Assembly (NCBI RefSeq): GCF_006345805.1
Contig: NC_042998.1
Span: forward strand, 49,600,001-49,664,000
Length of the DNA stretch: 64,000 nt
Source: Octopus sinensis
Lineage: Eukaryota
Direction of reading: 5' to 3'
Shown here: one piece after another, positions 37,530-48,429 of the stretch
Position numbering within the stretch: position 1 is the stretch's first letter
Layout of the letters: each line of letters begins with the position of its first letter
Program-made: the position numbers and the translations under genes
The notes under the pieces: generated by a model
What the model saw: only the letters and a program-made list of their open reading frames with translations
Told to the model about the DNA's origin: nothing
The model's database searches: none

Positions 37530-37890
37530 AAATAAATATCAATGGAAATAGTAGTTGTGATACCTATGCTGGTGGCACATAAAAAGCACCATCCGAACGT
37601 GGCCAATGCCAGCGCTGCCTTGACTGGCTTCTGTGCCGGTGGCACGTTAAAAGCATCAACTGATTGTGACCGATGCCAGACTCCACTGGCACCTGTGCCG
37701 GTGGCACGTAAAAAGCACCCACTACACTTGTGGAGTGGTTGGGTCAGGAAGGGCATCCAGCTGTAGAAATACTACCAGATCAGACTGGAGCCTGGTGCAG
37801 CCCCTGGCTTCCCAGACCCCGATTGAACCGTCCAACCCGTGCTAGCGCGGAAAACAGACGTTAAACGATGATGATGATGATGATGATGAT
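37530..37890 (+). mobile_element. RTE-tail SINE-like element (family D)
   Basis: GTGCCGGTGGCACGTAAAAAGCAC..AGGAAGGGCATCCAGC..GACGTTAAACGATGATG. Confidence 0.85.
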
Positions 37891-38128
37891 GGTGTCTGCA
37901 TGTACCAGGGAAGCATGTGAATGTTTGTATGTGTGAAACAACGTTCTTTCAGTAACAAACAATGATTGATGCCACACCTCAAAAGACAACTGCTAGATAG
38001 CATTGACAAGTGTATTAATTTTATTTACCATCCATATTTATATATCAAATACTACAATTAGCTATCATTTTTGATGGCACAGAGCCAGCTCGTTTTATAA
38101 ATAATGAATGAGTTTCAATGAATTTCAG

Positions 38129-38234
38129 ATTCCAAGCAACAGCACCCTATCTTTCCATGTATTGATCTTCAGAGGGGGAAAGGAAAGTGTATTATACCAA
38201 TCACCTATTCAAATTTATGAACTGAATAAATTAC
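38129..38234 (+). CDS. C3: C3-like exon 10 (MG8): IPSNSTLSFHVLIFRGGKESVLYQSPIQIYELNKL
   Basis: tttcag acceptor, GTAAGT donor; aligns to QPxxVxVYxYY region. Confidence 0.85.
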
Positions 38235-39149
38235 GTAAGTCAAATTAGTGCTTCTTTTTTACTTCTCTTGATGTTAATTACTTGTGGAACACTTAATAAT
38301 AATTAAATTATTGTATACAGTGCTCAGGTGCACCACAACTTGCCAAAAGTGTGTATAAAATATATGCAGTAATGTACAAATGTCTGGGAAGTGAACAGTG
38401 TATGAGTCAGTGTATATATGCTTGCGTGTGTATGGAGGGGAGAAAATCAGGTGTAGTTTTGGCGAATCTCGGGAAGCATAGAAGTTTTGAAAGATGCAGT
38501 GCTCCGACAACTAACAACTGATGCCGGTAGTTTGTTCCATACTTCAGCAACTCTTAGCGTGAAAAAATGTTTCCGAAAGTCATGGGAGCTGTGCTGTTTT
38601 CTGACTTTGTAAACATGTCCACGGGTGTTAGACAGGTGGAGTTTGAAAAGGTGCTCAGAGTTATTGCTTGTAAGATGGTTAATAATTTTATCTTAATATG
38701 TTTCTATTCTGTAGACGGAAGTGGTGTATGTCTATGTGTTTGTATTCATGTTTATGCTTATGTCCTGCATGTAGTTGTTCAGCCTGGGTCATCTTAGCAG
38801 TATCATAGGCCCTTGTGCAAACCAGTGCACCAGGCTCTACAGCAGTAGTTCTCAACCATTTTTTAACCTAGGGACCCCTTTGTTACATATTTTACTCATG
38901 TGGATCCTCATAGCCATTCAATGCTGTGCCATTTGAAACTATTCCTCAGTCAAGATATTTTTGATGCAATGGTCCCCTATTACAATGAGGCTCAAACAGT
39001 TGGCTGGTTTAAGGAATGCGTCCCCTATATACTGGAACTTAACATCTATAAAAGAAAGCACCACCATAAGGTCCATTGGTTAGTCCTACTTTTCTCATGG
39101 AAGGGTTTCCCTGAGATTAGTAGATAAGCATTTCATACAGTCCCACAGT

Positions 39150-40227
39150 AATATATATATGTAAGGACTTTTTTCATTCAGTGGAACCAAAAAAACGTTG
39201 CAGGGAGCAAGATTGAGTGAATAGGAAGGGTGGGTAAATGGGGTCATGTCATTTTTGGTCAAAAACTGTCTCACACCCAAGGTGGTGTGCAAAGGTGCAT
39301 TGTCGTGATGAAACCACCACTCTCCACTTTGTCGCTGGTTGGGGTGGTTTTTGTCTTGCCATGCTTCACAAATGCTTCAGAACTGCCAAGTAAAACATTT
39401 GGTTAACAGTTTGACCAGGAGGAACAAATACTGTGCAGACAATTCTTTTTGCATTAATGAAAAATTGGACTTCACTTGATGCACTTTTGGGGGGCCTGGT
39501 GACATTGAATGCTTCCGTTGACTTGATTACTGCTTTGTTTCCAGGTCATAGCCAGCACACCAGATCTTGTCACCAATGATGACTTTCAAAAAAGGTTCAG
39601 ATCAACTTCCAACTGTTCTTTCACTTCACAACATGCATTCTGTCATGATTGCTTTTGATTTTCCATGAACAAGCAAGACACAAATTTTGCTGCAACTCTT
39701 TTCCTTTACAATTCCTCACTCAAAATTCGTTGGAAATGGCTCTAGGAGACACTAGTTATAACAACAAGTTTGTCACTTGTTCAGCGATGGACCTCCAAGT
39801 TCATGAAATTTTGTGATGTTTTCATACGTTTGAGAGATCAAGAGTTGTCCTGAATGAGGTTGGTCTTCAAGTGACAAGTGACCCTTCCCAAAGTGTGAAA
39901 ACCACTCATAAACTTGTGTTTTGCTCATGGCAGTGTCCTTGTTTGCTGTTTGAAGCATGAGAACTGTTTTGGCTGCTGTTTACCCCAGCAGAAAACAGAA
40001 TTTCATGGAAGCATGCTGTTCCTTCATTTCAGCCATTGCAAAAATTGATGAACAGGGGAGAAGCATTGTAGAACAAAGACACACCATGTGACAGCACGAC
40101 CTGACTTGATGCTGCCGGTTGGCAGACTGATGCCTGAGTGTTGTATCAAGTGGTTTCTAGTGGTGGAAACCTGATCTACAACTTGTCCCTAAGAGAATGT
40201 TTCTGGTTCCTTTTGGGTACCCCCTCG
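39150..40227 (-). mobile_element. mariner (DD34D) transposon remnant
   Basis: AMSKTQVYEWFS..EDQPHSG HTH; HPSYSLNLAPC (HPPYSPDLAP) motif; terminus CCCCCTCG-TA. Confidence 0.85.
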
Positions 40228-41216
40228 TATATGTGCATATAATATCTATGTATGTGTGTGTTTGTGTATGTGCTCATAACTTAGCAATTCAGCAAAAGAG
40301 TCTGATAGAATGAGTAGCACACTTTAAAAATTTATACTGGGGCTGATCTATTCCACAAAATACTTCAAGGAAATGTCCCAGCATAGCTGCAGTCCCAAAA
40401 TTAACGAAAAAGTAAAAGATAAAAGGTAATCTCATGCTAAGCCAATGAGGTTGCTCAACCAGATTGAAAATGCCAAAAATAGCAGTCAGAACTTCTTCCA
40501 ATCTCACCCTATTCTCTTTATAAAACAATAATAAATTGGAACCTGTAATCCTAGATATAGTGGAAGCACATGGCTTAGTGGTTAGGATATTGAACTGATG
40601 ATTGTAAGATTGTGGTTTCAATTCTTGGGCTGGGTGATGTGTTGTGTTCTTAAGCAAAACACTTTATTTCACGTTGCTCCAGTCTACTCAGCTGTAAAAA
40701 TGAGTACCACTAGTGGAGGTGTGTCACTTAGTGGTTAGGGTGTTGAATTCACAACTAAGATTGTGATTTCAGTCCCTGAACTAAGCAATCCATTGTGTTC
40801 TTGAGCAAAACACTTCATTTCTTGTCCACTAGATATATTATATCTGAAAGATAAAGCATGATGTTTATGGCTGAGATGTCTGATTATAGCAGTAATTGAT
40901 CAGAGATAACCTGGGACTACACAACAACAATAATAACAATAACAATTGCAAGTAAGCTTCAATATACTTCATATATATAAAGGTGACAAGCTGACAGAAT
41001 GTTTTGCGATGTTTCATCCAGTATTTTATGTTCTATGTCCAAATCATATCTTAGTCAGTTTTGCCTTTCATTCTTCTGAGATTAACAAAATAAATTTCCA
41101 GTCAACTACTGAAGTTGACTGTATTGATAAAGCGCCTATCCTCAAAATTTCTGGCCTTGTGCCTAAATCAGAAAACTATATATATAATATATAAAACCAT
41201 ATAATGCTCTTTTCAG

Positions 41217-41300
41217 ATGAAAGCTGTTCAATTCTTTATCCAAAGAAAGAAATACATTTGTTCTGTGACCCAAAACAATCACAGTGTATGTGTACAGGAA
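41217..41300 (+). CDS. C3: C3-like exon 11 (anchor): (H)ESCSILYPKKEIHLFCDPKQSQCMCTG
   Basis: ttttcag acceptor, GTAAGT donor; cysteine spacing of C3 anchor (CTRFY..LC....CRC). Confidence 0.9.
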
Positions 41301-41544
41301 GTAAGTAAGATTTTAATATTTCTTATAAGGTTTTATATAATTTTATTTAACCCTTTATTTAATTTATTTCACCCTTTAGCATTTAAACCAGCCATATCCA
41401 GCCAAAATATTCTGCCTGTTTTATGTTCAAACTGGCCAGATCTGGTTCCTCACACCTACCATACAATGTCATTCTAAAAATAAACAATCACATCAATTGA
41501 CACGGACATATATTATGATATTAGGCAGCTAGTTTCACTTTCCA

Positions 41545-41967
41545 CATTCTTATTTCTTTATTGCCCACAAGGGGCTAAACATAGAGGGGACAAACAAGGA
41601 CAGACAACGGGATTAAGTTAATTGCATCAACCCCAGTGCATAACTGGTACTTAATTTATCGACCCCGAAAGGATGAAAGGCAAAGTCGATCTTGGTTGAA
41701 TTTGAACTCAGAATGTAACGGCAGACGAAATACCTATTGCTTTACTACCCACAAGGGGCTAAACACAGAGGGGACAAACAAGGACAGACAAATGGATCAA
41801 GTCGATTACATCGACCCCAGTGTGTAACTGGTATTTAATTTATCGACCCTGAAAGGATGAAAGGCAAAGTCGACCTCATCGGAATTTGAACTCAGAACGT
41901 AACGACAGACGAAATACCTCTAAGCATTTCACCCAGTGTGCTAACGATTCTGCCAGCTCGCCACCTT
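41545..41967 (-). mobile_element. SINE family B tandem dimer
   Basis: Two consecutive minus-strand units, only one with the head. Confidence 0.88.
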
Positions 41968-42431
41968 TCATTTTCCGCATTCTTGTTGAGCGTTGGGCCT
42001 CACAGAGGCAACGACAAAAGACTGAGACCTTTGGCAATATGCTGTGCTTGAGTAGAAGACCCATTAAGCCAAGTAAAACCATAGTCATGAGAGATACTGG
42101 TGTCATGCAACTGGCACCTGTTCCAGTGGCATGTAAAGGCACCCTTTACACTGTTGGAGTAGTTGGCATTAGGAAAGACCTCCAGCCGTAGAAACCATAC
42201 TAAATCAAACTGGAGTCTGGTGCAGCCCTTCAGCTTATCACCCCTGGTCAAACTGCACAACCCATGCTAGCATGGACAATGGACATTAAATGATGATGAT
42301 GATGATGCTCTACAACTACTCTATCATACCACTACTGCTTGTATCTCTCTGGGATATTTAGAAATGTAATATTTCTATTTTTGTAATCAGTGGATTTATT
42401 TCACTGGAATTCTTATATGTTTACAAAGGCT

Positions 42432-42538
42432 AGACAGGCATCTCCAACTAGCAGGCCATGCTACTCCAGACTGATGATGAGTAAAAACTCAGAAACTAGT
42501 CTCTGGATGCAGGCTTAGCTGGGTGGAGGTGCTTGTCT
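42432..42538 (+). ncRNA. Minimal type I hammerhead ribozyme motif with extended stem I
   Basis: UCCAGA/UCUGGA stem I; CUGAUGA 42471-42477; stem II UGAGU-AAAA-ACUCA; GAAA 42492-42495; ACUAGU stem III; GUC, cleavage after 42501; distal 14-bp helix 42432-42445 with 42525-42538. Confidence 0.82.
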
Positions 42539-42892
42539 CCCCCTTGTAAACGTAAGGACACAGGAAATGTGTCAAGGTCAACAGGAAGTGTTGATGCTTC
42601 CTAGGGCTAAATGGCAGTGGTGTGATTCCCTTCATGGGACTGTCACATTAAGTTGACAGTATACAACTATTCTCTCTATATATGTATAGTAAAATAGGGA
42701 TTCAGATAGAATCAAGTACTTGATGCACCAGGTAGGGTTGGATAAACCAGGGTTCTGGCCTATGGTTGGTAAATATCAAATAGGATATTCCAGTCGTATA
42801 CACAGAGAAAAACCAACCCTAGAAGCCTAGGGGCTGGTCCAAAGCACGCATTATGAGCTGACAATTATCCATCGTCTGTTATTAATCATTTG

Positions 42893-42962
<70 letters not shown>

Positions 42963-43199
42963 TATATGTATTATATACATACACTAACACACATACTCAT
43001 AAAAACATAGTAAAGATGGGTAGGTTAGTGGTTAGGACATTCAGCTCATGATCAAAAGGTCATGAGTTCAATACTAAGTGGTGTGTTGTGTTCTTGAGCA
43101 AGATATTTTATTTCACATTCCTCCAGTGCACTCAGCTGGCAAAAATGGACAGTACCTGTATTTCAAAGGACCAGCCTTGTCATATTTTGTATCATGCTA

Positions 43200-44040
43200 G
43201 GAAGAAATGGAAGTGCACAGGTGCTAAATCTGGTGAATAGGGCAGGTGCAGAAGTGATGCCATGTTGTTTTTGATGAGAAACTCACAAGTGAAGAGGGCT
43301 TGGTGACAGGGTGCTTTGTCGTCATGAAGAATCCAATTCTTCATGCTTCACAGATCCAGTCACTTTTACCAAATGTCCTTCAAATGTTTAAAAACGTCAT
43401 AGTAGAATTCTCAATTGACAGTCGTTGTTGTTGTTAAGCAACAAGACAGATAAGGGCGATTGGGTGATGGTCAAGGGATAAGGGGCGGGAGACCCCAGAC
43501 CTTGGAAAAAAAAAACTTTGGTCGTCTTGTTGTAGTCGAGGGCTCTTTGTTGATGCCCGACACCACTGGGAGGTGGCCCTCAAAGTCGCTGGAAATGGAG
43601 ATCTCCAGGTCCAAATTCTTGAACGGTCAATTGACAGTCTGGCCCTGGGTGACAAATTCTCGATGCACAATACCACATTTGCAGGGGTAAAGCTTGTGGT
43701 AGCTCTTGCAGGGACATTCTTCTGTGTCACTTGAAACATTGCGTATGACCTATTGACTCTAAGCTTGCCAAAGCATGCTCAATGTCCCTGTAGCAGACTT
43801 CCCAAGTTTAACGCAAAATTTCACATTGATCTAACTTCGTGTCTATGTCAGAATCGCTGACTACAGCATACATTTGATCACAAAGCCATAAATTTCACAA
43901 CTTGCAAAGTAAACACAATAACATTACTCGGCACACAGCTTCCTGAAAGTCACTGCTAGCTCTAACTGCACACGCAACCATGTGCTGCCATCTGTTGGCA
44001 TGCTACAGAACTAGTTCGAGGAACTTTTTATACAACCTCA
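43200..44040 (-). mobile_element. mariner remnant with nested retro-insertion
   Basis: PYSPDLAP motif near 43220-43245; mariner-type end AACTTTTTATACAACCTCA-TA. Confidence 0.75.
43424..43626 (-). mobile_element. 203-bp retro-insertion with (AAC)n tail and 13-bp TSD
   Basis: TCAATTGACAGTC duplicated at 43411-43423 and 43627-43639; (GTT)4 at left end; GC-rich relative to flanks. Confidence 0.8.
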
Positions 44041-44176
44041 TATATGATAATTTTAGTCCTCATTGTTGTACTTAGGGAGTTGGAAGAGTTATGAGAATTT
44101 TTTGTTGCTTTTTTTTAATAAATGTAAATTTAAGTATTTTTCATATTAATTTATATGTTAGATTTTCTTGATACAG

Positions 44177-44257
44177 ACTGTGTAAATTGCTCAGACGATG
44201 ATGAATTATCTAAAATGGAGTATTATGAGCAATTAGCTTGTAAAGCAAACCAAATTG
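44177..44257 (+). CDS. C3: C3-like exon 12 (C345C start): (N)CVNCSDDDELSKMEYYEQLACKANQI
   Basis: tacag acceptor (in-frame alternative AG gives start 44162), GTGAGT donor; NC..AC pattern. Confidence 0.87.
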
Positions 44258-45084
44258 GTGAGTTAGTCTTTCTTTTATTTTCCTTTGACTGATCTGGTTC
44301 ATTAATCATTAAAAGAATATTCTTTTCTATTCTAGGTACAAGGCCCAAAATTTTGGGGTTGGGGGCCAGTCAATTAGATCAACCACAGTACACAACTGGT
44401 ACTTAATTTATCGACTGTGAAAGAACAAAAGGCAAAGTCGACCTCAGCAGAATTTGAACTCAGAATGTAAAGACAGACAAAATACTGCTAAGCATTTCGC
44501 CCGGCGTGCTAATGTTTCTGCCAGCTCGCCACCTTACTGCTAAAAGAATATTGGATATATGTAGGTACAGGCTTGGCTGTGTAGTAAGAAGCTTGCTTCC
44601 CAACCACATGGTTCTAGGTTCACTCCCACTGTGTGGTACCTTGGACAATTGTCTTATACTATAGCTTCGGGTCAATCAAAGCCTTGAGAGTAGATTTGGT
44701 AGACAGAAACTGAAAGCCTGTCGTACATATGTATCTATGTATCTATGTCTCTATGTTTGTGTCTGTGTTTGTTTCCGCCATAACTTCTTGACAACCGGTG
44801 TTGGTGTGTTTATGTCCCTGTAGCTTAGATGTTCGGAAAAAATAATAGATAAGTACTGATAGGATAAGTACTAGACTTAATGAAAAAAACAAAAGTCCTG
44901 GTGTTAATTTGTTTGACCAAAAGCCTTTATGACAGTGATCCAGCATGGCCACAATCAAAAGACTGAAATGAGTAAAAGAATAAAAGAATATAGCAATCAA
45001 TGTATTTTATGTTGTTGCTTATGTTCAGAACAAAACATGACACTTAAATCTGAAGTGAGAAGAAATTAATATTAACATAGCCAC

Positions 45085-45276
45085 AGAAGTGGCTGTGTGG
45101 TAAGTAGCTTGCTTAGCAACCATATGGTTCCAGGTTCAGTCCCACTGTGTGACACCTTGGGCAAGTGTCTTCTACTATAGTCTCAGGCTGACCAAAGCCT
45201 CGTGAGTGGATTTGGTAGATGGAAACTGAACCATCCCGTCATATATATATATATATATATAATATATATATATATA

Positions 45277-45321
<45 letters not shown>

Positions 45322-45362
45322 ATATATATATGTATATATGTATATATATATATGTATATATG

Positions 45363-45394
<32 letters not shown>

Positions 45395-45429
45395 TGTATT
45401 ATATATATATATATGTATATATATATATG

Positions 45430-45460
<31 letters not shown>

Positions 45461-45905
45461 GTATATGTATATATATATGTATATGTATATGTATATGTAA
45501 TATATATGTATATATATATTATATATATATGTATATATATATGTATATATATGTATATATATATGTATATATATGTATATATATGTGTATATATATGTAT
45601 ATATATATGTATATATATATGTATATATATATATATGTATATATATATATGTGTGTGTGTCTATGTGTGTGTATGTATGTATATATGTATGTTTGTGTAT
45701 ATGTTTGTGTGTTTGTATTTATTCCCCACAACATTGCTTGACAACTGATGCTGGTGTGTTTATGTCCCCATAACTTAGCAGTTCGGCAAAAGCGACCAAT
45801 AGAATAAGTACTAGGCTTACAAAGAATGAGTCCTGGGGTCGATTTGCTTGACTAAAGGTGGTGCTCCAGCATGGCCCCTGAGAAATAACTGAAACAAATA
45901 AAAGA
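45085..45905 (+). mobile_element. SINE family A copy with expanded internal microsatellite
   Basis: Head 45085-45240 and tail 45705-45905 separated by about 460 bp of (TA)/(TATG) repeats. Confidence 0.88.
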
Positions 45906-46285
45906 ATACCCTTAAGGCGATAAGCTAGCAGAATCATTAGGATGCCAGGCAAAATGCTTAGTGGTATCTCGTCTGTCTTCACGTTATGAGTTCAAATGCT
46001 GGCAATGTTAACTTTGCTTTCCATCCTTTTTGGTTTGATAAAATAAGTATCAGTTGAGTACTCAACTCCTTCCCTGAAACTGCTGGCCTTGTGCCAAAAT
46101 TTGAAACCAATTTTAACATACCCTTAATTTTATTTTGAGATTTTGAAAAATCACAAAAGTGAAAAAAGAAATTTTTTTTTTACAGTTTTCTGTAAATTTT
46201 CCTGCAATAATTTCAAGCAGATCACTGATTGCTGATTTAAAAGAATATATATATATACACATATATTTTTTTGTTATATCATATT

Positions 46286-46430
46286 TCACTGCCATGCAGC
46301 ATAGCTGTTCCACACACAGGCATCAAACAATCTACCTTTCATTCTGAGAGAGAGAGAGAGAGGCCCTTTGTTGCCAGCAGGGGGTAGGAGCTCTCTGAAC
46401 TTTGCCCATCCTAATCTTATTCTCACAGCT
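46286..46430 (-). mobile_element. Short RTE RT fragment
   Basis: Near-identical to 48547-48690 (AMLHGSE/RELLPLL region). Confidence 0.75.
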
Positions 46431-46459
46431 ATTTTGTACTCCTACTTATTTCAGCATAT

Positions 46460-46495
<36 letters not shown>

Positions 46496-46518
46496 CACTA
46501 TTACTACTACTGCTGCTG

Positions 46519-46559
<41 letters not shown>

Positions 46560-46608
46560 GCCACCACTACTATTACTACTACTGCTTCTGCTGCTGCTGC
46601 TGCTGCTG

Positions 46609-46648
<40 letters not shown>

Positions 46649-47131
46649 AAACACACACTTTATGCCTTGTATTTATTATCAAATAACCTCCTATTATTTC
46701 CATGTCGTCTGTAACATATTTTCTTTATTATTTTTTCTAGTCAGCAATTTTTTCTGTTATTTCTTGGCTTAAGTTGATTGTTTACTGAGTCTGTTGGTTT
46801 TATTTTATTTTATTTTTTTTTCATGATTTTCATATTTCTTTACTCTAAACTACATAGGATCATCTTACTGCTGCCCCACTTTCGTATCTGTTTTCTTTTT
46901 TATCCCTCTACTTGTGCTTTGTATTACTGCATCACTTTGCTAGCTCTCTGGTAGTGGTGAAGACCTAATTAATAGAGCTTGCAGTGAAGAATACTTGTTC
47001 AAAAGCATAATTACACTCAAAAATAAGAGTCTGTCCAAGACAAATGGTGTTTTGAATCCTGTTAAATAACTTCTTTTGTGATAATACTATGATAAACATA
47101 CCATTGTCTTTTCCTATATATATATATATAT

Positions 47132-47462
47132 GAAGGCGCATGGCTCAGTGGTTAGAGCATCGAGCTTACGATCGTGAGGTTGTGAGCTCGAATCCCGGAC
47201 CGGGCTGCGTGTTGTGTTCTTGAGCAAGACACTTTATTTCACGTTGCTCCAGTTCACTCAGCTGTAGAAATGAGTTGCGACGTCACAGGTGCCAAGCTGT
47301 ATCGGCCTTTGTCTTTCCCTTGGATAACACTGGTGGCGTGGAGAGGGAAGGCCGGTATGCATGGGCGACTGCTGGTCTTCCATAAACAACCTTGCCCGGA
47401 CTTGTGTCTAGGAGGGTAACTTTCTAGGTGCAATCCCATGGTCATTCATGACCGAAGGGGGT

Positions 47463-47466
<4 letters not shown>
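47132..47466 (+). mobile_element. tRNA-derived SINE family C (Meta/V-like domain), intact copy inside (TA)n
   Basis: GGCTCAGTGGTTAGAGC box A, CTCGAATCCC box B, CTTGAGCAAGACACTT..CAGCTGTAGAAATGAG domain; other copies near 13148+, 25036+, 35255-, 40560+, 43015+, 55235-, 56990+. Confidence 0.88.
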
Positions 47467-47497
<31 letters not shown>

Positions 47498-47984
47498 AAA
47501 TTTAGAGGACTGACCACTAAAAGTGGACAGCCTATATGCTAAACATAGTCATCAAATTGCCATTAGTGGTCAGTCCTCTAAATTTTGTATGTAACACAAT
47601 TTTTAATCTTCGGATTTTTAAAGATATGCTGAGCCACTGGTTTTAATTGATTAATATCAATTTCTACCCTTATTATTCAATTATATATATATATCCCTCT
47701 CTCACACACATACACACACGGCAGTAACTCCTGCCTACCGAATTAAATCACAAAGCTTCGGTCGGCTCGGGGCTATAGTGGAAGACACCTACCCAAAGTG
47801 CCACACAGTGGGACTGAACCCGAAACCATGCAGCTAGGAAGCAAGCTCCCTGACCACACAGCCATGCCCGTGCCTACAAAAATGTATGCATATATGCACA
47901 GCGCTATGCGTATGGCAAGTTTTCTACAGCCGGATGCCCTTCCTGACACCATAATAGTCATTGAGGAGTTTCAATTTTTCAATT

Positions 47985-48420
47985 TTTAATAACTTCCTTA
48001 ACTTCACAAATAAATGCATGAAATTTTGATACAATATAAAGGACATAATGCAAATTAATATGCGCATGTTAAATTTTGCAACATCTTTGCATCACATATG
48101 AAAAATGACATTGCTTAAACGGCAGCCATCTTCAGCTTCATACGCCCGTACTCTTTCCAAGACTTGCACCATAACATCCTCATGAGTTTCAGACCCCACT
48201 TCTCTGATTTCTCTATTGATGTTCTCCTTCAGTTGCATCAGGGTCTCTGGTTTGTAGACGTAAACCCTCTCTTTCAGGTATCCCCATAAAAAAATCTGGC
48301 TTGTCAAGTCTGGGGAACGTGAAGGCCAGTTGACATTGCCGTAGTGGGAGATTATTCTCTCTCCAAAGCACTTCCGTAGCAACTGCATTGTTTGTCTTGC
48401 TGGAATCATGTGTGAAGTCT
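47985..48420 (-). mobile_element. Tc1/mariner transposase C-terminal fragment
   Basis: WPSRSPDLT..FLWGYLKERVY..KPETL..LKENI in ORF 48092-48409. Confidence 0.85.
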
Positions 48421-48429
48421 ACTTTGAAT

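Noticed and set aside
47132-47210. tRNA gene-like heads (also 61146 and others)
   Set aside because: Box A/B are present, but they continue into SINE bodies and lack a complete cloverleaf acceptor stem.
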